Source: Candidatus Zhuqueibacterota bacterium (GTDB taxonomy: Bacteria; Electryoneota; RPQS01). From it: a stretch of 20,756 bases of DNA. This document shows, one piece after another, positions 15,726 through 20,756 of this stretch. The notes beneath the pieces were generated by a model, which saw only the letters and a program-made list of their open reading frames with translations, was not told the origin of the DNA and searched no databases. Location of the stretch: the NCBI GenBank assembly GCA_003818605.1, contig RPQS01000064.1, forward strand, positions 1 through 20,756, given 5' to 3'. Position 1 is the first letter of the stretch. Every line of letters starts with the position of its first letter. The translations under genes and the position numbers were made by a program.

Positions 15726-15900
15726 GCCACTCACCTTCATCACCATCATAGCGACAGCCGATGGTGCATCGATGCGAAGCTCTGCGATATTCGAAGCCAT
15801 TCGCCTACGGATCGGCCATCATGAATATGATTGCAACCATGGTACCGCACGCGGGGATGGTGTTACGGCACAGCATCATGTGCATCAGCGACCATTGACC
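15726..15900. repeat. Rep-A copy (15726-15786) plus a degenerate copy (~15869-15900)
   Basis: GCCACTCACCTTCATCACCATCATAGCGACAGCCGATGGTGCATCGATGCGAAGCTCTGCG, and further on CATCATGTGCATCAGCGACCATTGACC. Confidence 0.75.
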
Positions 15901-16052
15901 CTCCTTGGACGTTGAACTTCCATCCGCCGGTTATGCCACACGGGAAAGTGCGCCATTTGGCTAACGACATACAGTCTGTGGCAAAGGCGGAAGTTCAAGT
16001 TTCCGCTGCCCCCAACAAACCAAACCGGAAAAACCTTAGAAAGGTAACAGAG

Positions 16053-16913
16053 ATGATCTACGTAGCGATTACGCTTCTTGCATTGCTTATCGTTTCATTT
16101 TTCGTAAAATGGGAATCCAATGCGGTTCCCCCTTGGGTGAAAGGTGCTATTATTGCTCTCGCAGCAATCTTCACGGTTTTCAGTATGGTGCGTACCGTTC
16201 CCAACGGCAGTTGCGGTGTTGTTGACCTGTTCGGCGTGATCCAGCCAACCGCACTGGATCCCGGAATCAATTTCGTGAACCCGTTTGCTGATGTAATCCA
16301 TAAACCGACACGCACCCAAGAGATCAAAGAGACCATGATCACACCATCCAAAGAAGGTCTGTCGTGTGAACTTGAAGTTTCTTGCTTCTTCCATGTCAAA
16401 AAAGAAGCTTGGCCTGTGATGATGCAAACAGTTCAGAACGGCGACCCATTAGTTCTCCTGGAACCCAATTTTCGTTCAGTAACACGTGATATTACGACTA
16501 CATCGGAGGCAAAAGCCCTATACACTGCTGACCGGACCATTCTCGCGGGTAAGTTGAAAACCGATTTGGCGACGGTCGTTGGTCCTCGTGGTATCACGAT
16601 TGAAGAAACTCCGATGCGCAGTTTGAAGTTGCCTGCGAGTGTATCTGAGGCAATTAATGCGAAGGCAACAGCGGAACAGGAAGCTCAGAAAATGGAGTTT
16701 GTCTTGCAGAAAGAGAGGCAAGAGGCTGAGAGAAAACGTATCGAAGCCCAAGGCATCAAAGACTTCCAGAAGATAATATCTGAAAGTATCAGCGATAAAT
16801 TACTTGCTTGGAAGGGGATTGAGGCGACAATGGATATTGCCAAGTCTGAAAACGCAAAAACTGTAATTATTGGATCGGGCAAGAATGGATTACCCATCAT
16901 TCTCGGTCAGTAA
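16053..16913 (+). CDS. SPFH / band-7 (prohibitin, HflK/C-like) membrane protein
   Basis: MIYVAITLLALLIVSFFVKW (TM) then VRTVPNGSCGVVDLFGVIQPTALDPGINFVNPFADVIHKPTRTQEI, which is the SPFH-domain signature. C-terminal coiled-coil-like EQEAQKMEFVLQKERQEAERKRIEAQ. The start at 16053 is preferred over the listed 15831 because the upstream 220 nt overlap the Rep-A copies and AAAGGT lies 8 nt before 16053. Confidence 0.8.
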   Translation: MIYVAITLLALLIVSFFVKWESNAVPPWVKGAIIALAAIFTVFSMVRTVPNGSCGVVDLFGVIQPTALDPGINFVNPFADVIHKPTRTQEIKETMITPSKEGLSCELEVSCFFHVKKEAWPVMMQTVQNGDPLVLLEPNFRSVTRDITTTSEAKALYTADRTILAGKLKTDLATVVGPRGITIEETPMRSLKLPASVSEAINAKATAEQEAQKMEFVLQKERQEAERKRIEAQGIKDFQKIISESISDKLLAWKGIEATMDIAKSENAKTVIIGSGKNGLPIILGQ

Positions 16914-17059
16914 TTGAGTCTGAAAACGATGGATCTTTCTCATCGGGACCATGGTCGTCGCACCGGGATCTGTGGCTACGGTCAAGGGATCCGTTGGCTA
17001 TGACGTGGAGGACGGACACGTTCTGAGAGCCTGTGTGTTCTTGGTCTTGTCCCCGAAAC

Positions 17060-17285
17060 CGGTACCACCGCGAAGCGGCACACACCACGCCTGAAATCAT
17101 AAGGCACAATTGCTGCCGCCATCACCATTGTAGCGACATCCATAAGGTATGAGATGCTGCGAAGCGGCATACCGATCTAACGCACCCTCGGTGCCATCAC
17201 CATTATAGTGAAGATGGCAGCAGTGTGCGGCAAACAAAGTATCAAGTGCCTTCGCGTGCCTCCCCCTTCATCACCATAACGAGCT
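17060..17285. repeat. Cluster of three or four Rep-A copies or fragments (17060-17080 tail fragment, 17112-17170, 17182-17232, 17246-17285 degenerate)
   Basis: GCTGCCGCCATCACCATTGTAGCGACATCCATAAGGTATGAGATGCTGCGAAGCGGCAT, then GCACCCTCGGTGCCATCACCATTATAGTGAAGATGGCAGC, then GTGCCTTCGCGTGCCTCCCCCTTCATCACCATAACGAGC. Confidence 0.8.
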
Positions 17286-17365
17286 TGTTGTGCGTATTGT
17301 TCAGACGATTTACTTACCGTATACTACTGACTGCATTCTGTTCACTTCGCCTCAGAGAGGATCCG

Positions 17366-17704
17366 ATGAAAACAACGACTCAGAACCAGGGAGACGTACT
17401 GGTAATCTACCTTCACGGGAAAATCATGGGTGAGGAGCCCGGCACAACGGAATTTCATGATACAATCACGAGCGCGATAGTCGAAGGGAAACGGAAGGTC
17501 GTCGTTGACTTCGCAAATGTCGACTGGCTGAATAGCTCTGGCTTGGGAATGCTGGTGAAATCTTATGGGATTCTCAAAGAGGTTGATGGCCAGATGCGGT
17601 TGTCTGGAATGAATGAGCCTGTAACACAAGTAATGGTAAATACACGACTCGATCTCGTATTCGAAATCCACCAGTCCGTGCAATCCGCAATTGCAAGTTT
17701 CTAA
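17366..17704 (+). CDS. STAS-domain anti-sigma-factor antagonist (SpoIIAA/RsbV-like)
   Basis: MKTTTQNQGDVLVIYLHGKIMGEE...VVVDFANVDWLNSSGLGMLV...MRLSGMNEPVTQVMVNTRLDLVFEI. Start at ATG 17366 with GAGAGG upstream. The listed 17225 start lies inside the repeats. Confidence 0.8.
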   Translation: MKTTTQNQGDVLVIYLHGKIMGEEPGTTEFHDTITSAIVEGKRKVVVDFANVDWLNSSGLGMLVKSYGILKEVDGQMRLSGMNEPVTQVMVNTRLDLVFEIHQSVQSAIASF

Positions 17705-17709
17705 GGGGC

Positions 17710-17860
17710 GCAGTGGCCGCGTAGCGGCGCAAGCTGTTAGACATTCGCACCTTCGGTGCCATCACCATCATAGCGATAGGCGATGGGATATCGAGATCGC
17801 GAAGCAGCGTGATTCGGCGGTCGGCATTCGCCGCCCACCTTCATCACCATCATGCAAGAG
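17710..17860. repeat. Rep-A copies (17747-17809 full, 17836-17860 partial) plus a GCCGC-GTA-GCGGC hairpin at 17717-17729
   Basis: GCACCTTCGGTGCCATCACCATCATAGCGATAGGCGATGGGATATCGAGATCGCGAAGCAGCG, then CCACCTTCATCACCATCATGCAAGAG. Confidence 0.8.
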
Positions 17861-17923
17861 AATGAAAAAAGTGCTGATCACATTTCGGACTGGGCATAAC
17901 TATTCTTCTATTCACCGACACCG

Positions 17924-19150
17924 ATGAAGACATCCGCGACGTCGCAGAAATCACCAACGGTGGTCTACCGGTTCAAAGCGATCTCCGATAGTTACACGGA
18001 GCCGGGAACGGTTTGGCGTGTGATTGAGATCCCGTCCAATCGGACGCTTGGCAGTTTGAACAAGGCGATTTGCAATGCCTATGACCGGTGGGATAATCAG
18101 TTGTGGTCGTTCTTCTTTGGAATGCCCGGCAAGCGCGGCACTCAGGAGTATGTGACTTACCGGGACCCGCGCCGGTTTGGGCGCAAGACCAAGTCGGGCC
18201 ATGAGGCGAAGCTGAAGTTCCTTCCCCTCAACGACCACCCGCAGTTTTATTACGTTTGGAGCTACGAGCAACAATGGTGGCATCGCATTGAGTTTCTCGG
18301 CATCCATGACGTTGATCCAGACGTGACATACCCTCGTGTCGTTGAATCACAGGGATTTGCACCGCCCGTTCACATCGATTTCCTTGCCCCTCAACCAGCG
18401 GACGAGTCCGTGACCATTAACGTCGGCATGGACAAGGACCGCAGGGTGACATATGCCGAGTTGGATGCTTCTCTGAAGACACGGCCCAAAGCACTGAGTA
18501 CTCCAGAAGTGATCGGGTACCTGCGTGGAGCGGTATCGGCGGCAAACATCGTGATGCCGTCCCGCTATTGGGGTCTTCTGCTGGGGAACGATCCATTTGA
18601 AAGCACGGAACAACTTGCGGATCTGCAATCGTTGCTCTTCAGTCTACACAATCAATTGGCAGACTCGATTTCTTCCGGGGTGCCGGTGGTCTTGCGCCGG
18701 TCGTTCTATCCGGTTACGCGCGAGGGCCTGTTGCTGTTCGCATCGGATTTGCGGATGGAAATACAGGGGTTTCGACGGGGGCTGGACATGGGTCAAAGTA
18801 ATCCGGATGACTTAGACAAGGAAGGCATGCGAGCCATGATGGCGATGGTTGAAGCGGATACGCTTCTGGAAGGTGTGGAGGACTTTCAAAGGCGAAACAC
18901 CGTGCTCAAACCAGCCGAGATCAAGCAAATACACAAGCAGGTGTTGGGCGTGGCGGAGGTGGTTGACACGATCATGATGGATCTGGGGATCGCTTTTCGG
19001 TCAACGCGAAAACAGACAATCGAGAGTACACTCAAAACCGCTACCAAGACGGAAGTCAGACGCAACGATCCCTGTCCTTGTGGCAGCGGGAAGAAATACA
19101 AGGCCTGCTGCCTGGACAAGATCCGGCAAACGAATCCGGAGAACAATTAA
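17924..19150 (+). CDS. PRiA4b-ORF3-like domain protein with C-terminal SEC-C metal-binding motif
   Basis: N-terminal LGSLNKAICNAYDRWDNQLWSFFFG fits the plasmid pRiA4b ORF-3-like (pfam07929) pattern L..I..AFGW..HLH.F. C-terminal NDPCPCGSGKKYKACC is the SEC-C motif. Confidence 0.75.
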   Translation: MKTSATSQKSPTVVYRFKAISDSYTEPGTVWRVIEIPSNRTLGSLNKAICNAYDRWDNQLWSFFFGMPGKRGTQEYVTYRDPRRFGRKTKSGHEAKLKFLPLNDHPQFYYVWSYEQQWWHRIEFLGIHDVDPDVTYPRVVESQGFAPPVHIDFLAPQPADESVTINVGMDKDRRVTYAELDASLKTRPKALSTPEVIGYLRGAVSAANIVMPSRYWGLLLGNDPFESTEQLADLQSLLFSLHNQLADSISSGVPVVLRRSFYPVTREGLLLFASDLRMEIQGFRRGLDMGQSNPDDLDKEGMRAMMAMVEADTLLEGVEDFQRRNTVLKPAEIKQIHKQVLGVAEVVDTIMMDLGIAFRSTRKQTIESTLKTATKTEVRRNDPCPCGSGKKYKACCLDKIRQTNPENN

Positions 19151-19173
19151 AGGTGAGGCGCTATCGCTAAGTC

Positions 19174-19743
19174 ATGACTGACAACAGCAGAAACAAGGCA
19201 AGGATTAGGCGTGTTTACGATGCCACCCTAACCAATATTGAATCGATGATTAGCCAACCGAACCGCGTTCAGTTACATATACCAACCCTGTGGCACCAAG
19301 ACCAGTGGGAGCGGTACGTGAAAGCGGATCTCATATCACGTAAGGATGTCCAATTCCTACACTCACGGATCACCGTTGCGATGCGTCTACAGGAATTCGT
19401 GGGGCTTAACGTAGACGGAAATTGGCGCGTGTCGTTCGACAAGTTGGTGAATTTACTCTTCAATGCGATGTTGATGAGAGAGTGTTTTCCATTGCTTGAG
19501 AAAGTGAATGCCACGGAAATGATTCTTCAGTCGCAGGACAGATTCAGCATTCTTCTCGGACGCTCTTCGGACAGTGTGTCAGACGAAACATGGAAGTTAA
19601 TTGGCACAAGGATTGCAGACCCAATATATAGGGACAACTCGATAAATACAAAGACTCTTTTGCATTTCTTCTTTGCATACCTTTTGTCCGGGGCGCAGCT
19701 TGCGAAATATTGGAAGGGGATTGAATTATTCGACGTCGCGTGA
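19174..19743 (+). CDS. Hypothetical protein (189 aa), probably co-transcribed with 17924..19150
   Basis: ORF begins 24 nt after the previous stop with no intervening repeat. Sequence is protein-like. No recognisable motif. Confidence 0.5.
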   Translation: MTDNSRNKARIRRVYDATLTNIESMISQPNRVQLHIPTLWHQDQWERYVKADLISRKDVQFLHSRITVAMRLQEFVGLNVDGNWRVSFDKLVNLLFNAMLMRECFPLLEKVNATEMILQSQDRFSILLGRSSDSVSDETWKLIGTRIADPIYRDNSINTKTLLHFFFAYLLSGAQLAKYWKGIELFDVA

Positions 19744-19920
19744 AAGATTTGGACAGCCATCTTCGAGCCCATGTAAGTTGCACGCCCACCTACGCCAGTA
19801 ACATCTGGCGGCAACTTTTAGCTATGCCGACAGCAGATACTCTTAAGTTCGGTTATATATTACTATCATCGGAGAGACCGAAACGATATAGCTGAAGTCG
19901 AGAAGTTCTACGGGTTCTTT

Positions 19921-20493
19921 GTGGATGTTGCAGATGAGCTAATGGGCGAGTTGTCGACTGATTTTGCGCGAAGGCATTTCATTGAATTGGGCTTCGTCAT
20001 AGCGGAGTCCTTCAGATTTCCGCCGATCAATCTCGGAATTGCGATCATAGGCCGGCAACCCCTGCTCGCCGCAGAGGTCGAGGTTAACGCCGCGAAGCGA
20101 AAGCCAAAGGTGGAACCCGAGTGGGCAGAGATTGCGGATGTAGAGTGGTCCACCAAGCCACTTGAGTTTGCACGTGATCGTGAGATGCTACTCGGGCATG
20201 GCGCCTGGCCCAGTATTAAGCCAAGTGTCGAACACGAGGCGGACAAAATCCTTTTCGACATACGCAAGGATGAAAATGATAGCACGCCGCTGACAACAAG
20301 ATTGGTGGAGCGCGTGGATTGCATAGAAACCTATGAAATTGTGAAGGCTCTCGTCGCTCGCTATGTTGTTTGCTGGTGTGCTGCCCGCCATCGAAACAAG
20401 AACGTCGTAGAGGAAATCCTCGGCTATCCAGCTCGTCCACCGCGCAGGAAGCGTCGGCCAAATGCTCCCAAAGGAGAGCAACTACCCCCTTAG
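19921..20493 (+). CDS. Hypothetical protein (190 aa, GTG start as listed)
   Basis: Plus-strand ORF with mixed charged and hydrophobic composition. The overlapping minus-strand ORF 19908..20324 is Ser-rich low complexity and is judged antisense noise. Basic C-terminal tail PPRRKRRPNAPKGEQLPP. Confidence 0.4.
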   Translation: MDVADELMGELSTDFARRHFIELGFVIAESFRFPPINLGIAIIGRQPLLAAEVEVNAAKRKPKVEPEWAEIADVEWSTKPLEFARDREMLLGHGAWPSIKPSVEHEADKILFDIRKDENDSTPLTTRLVERVDCIETYEIVKALVARYVVCWCAARHRNKNVVEEILGYPARPPRRKRRPNAPKGEQLPP

Positions 20494-20683
20494 ATCCGTT
20501 GCCAGATACAAGATCCTATTTTAATGATTGCCTGAGATCCTGGGGTCTCGCAGGGTTCAAATTTCCGCAAGGTATGGATTCGACGCTTTGGGAAGATCGC
20601 GAGAAGGAGTTTGCGCGAAAAGGCTTACCTGAATTGCGCAGATAGCCAAGTTGACCAACACGGACCAGCGCCGGGCTATCTCC

Positions 20684-20712
20684 GGAGAGGCACTCGCCTC
20701 TCCATTTTTTGT
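20684..20712 (+). terminator. Strong rho-independent terminator
   Basis: GGAGAGGC-ACTC-GCCTCTCC (8-bp perfect stem, 20684..20703) followed by ATTTTTTGTT. Confidence 0.75.
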
Positions 20713-20756
20713 TATCTGGCGGTAAGTGACAGTGGCTGGCTATTGCTGCCTATAAA

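Noticed and set aside
15831-16052. N-terminal 74 codons of listed ORF 15831..16913
   Set aside because: This stretch overlaps Rep-A copies and has no SD. The SPFH protein's TM helix and an SD-like AAAGGT support the start at ATG 16053.
8751-17860. Rep-A copies as canonical integron attC sites
   Set aside because: No R-double-prime (RYYYAAC) or R-prime (GTTRRRY) core pair at the element ends, and no intI-like gene in the window. The gene immediately upstream of the array is ssrA/TetR, not an integrase. I retained the cassette-array analogy as a hypothesis but rejected calling these attC sites.
8751-17860. CRISPR array
   Set aside because: Repeats are not regularly spaced around unique short spacers. 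Intervening segments are full-length genes or diverged repeat halves. No cas genes are present.
19908-20324. Minus-strand ORF 19908..20324
   Set aside because: Ser/Ala/Thr-rich low-complexity translation, antisense to the more protein-like plus-strand ORF.
20535-20570. tRNA-like or ssrA-3'-end-like segment GCAGGGTTCAAATTTCCGC (possible attR)
   Set aside because: The GGTTCAAAT T-loop-like motif lacks a pairing T-stem (only G:U and mismatches) and there is no acceptor stem. Similarity to the ssrA 3' end (GCGGGTTCGATTCCCGCC) is too short and interrupted to call a direct repeat.

Overview
The window is 20.7 kb of bacterial chromosome. Shine-Dalgarno-like sites sit upstream of most starts (for example AAGGAG before 10849). 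One secreted protein carries a C-terminal T9SS/FlgD-Ig-type sorting domain, so an FCB-group-like lineage is plausible but unproven. From left to right the window holds the following. (1) The 5' 707 codons of a minus-strand gene for a secreted protein with two formylglycine-generating-enzyme (FGE/SUMF1) domains; its C-terminus lies beyond the window start. (2) A 1-kb repeat-rich intergenic region with an orphan plus-strand terminator. (3) A plus-strand operon of a triple-PAS sensor histidine kinase, a stand-alone receiver protein and a 4-TM membrane protein. (4) A 140-bp repeat copy and a minus-strand terminator, then a TetR-family regulator with a perfect 15-bp palindromic operator. (5) A divergently transcribed tmRNA gene (ssrA) with tag ANNTYALAA and its own terminator. 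(6) Starting right after the ssrA terminator, an approximately 9-kb run of eight co-directional, functionally unrelated genes. These are a zinc-ribbon protein, a T9SS secreted protein, a permuted-papain C92 peptidase, a thioredoxin, a second tandem-FGE paralog, an SPFH/band-7 protein, a STAS antagonist and a PRiA4-ORF3/SEC-C protein. Every intergenic gap between them is filled by one or more copies of a previously unrecognised 60-90 bp structured repeat, about 16 copies in total, including a 4-unit tandem cluster. The consensus is GCACCTTCGGTGCC-CATCACCATCATAGCGAYAGCCGATGGG-N-ATCGAGATG-N-GCGAAGC. (7) Two hypothetical genes and a strong terminator at the right end. No integrase, transposase, cas gene or CRISPR array is visible. 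The repeat-punctuated array next to ssrA is the most unusual feature and is the best candidate for an undescribed system or element.
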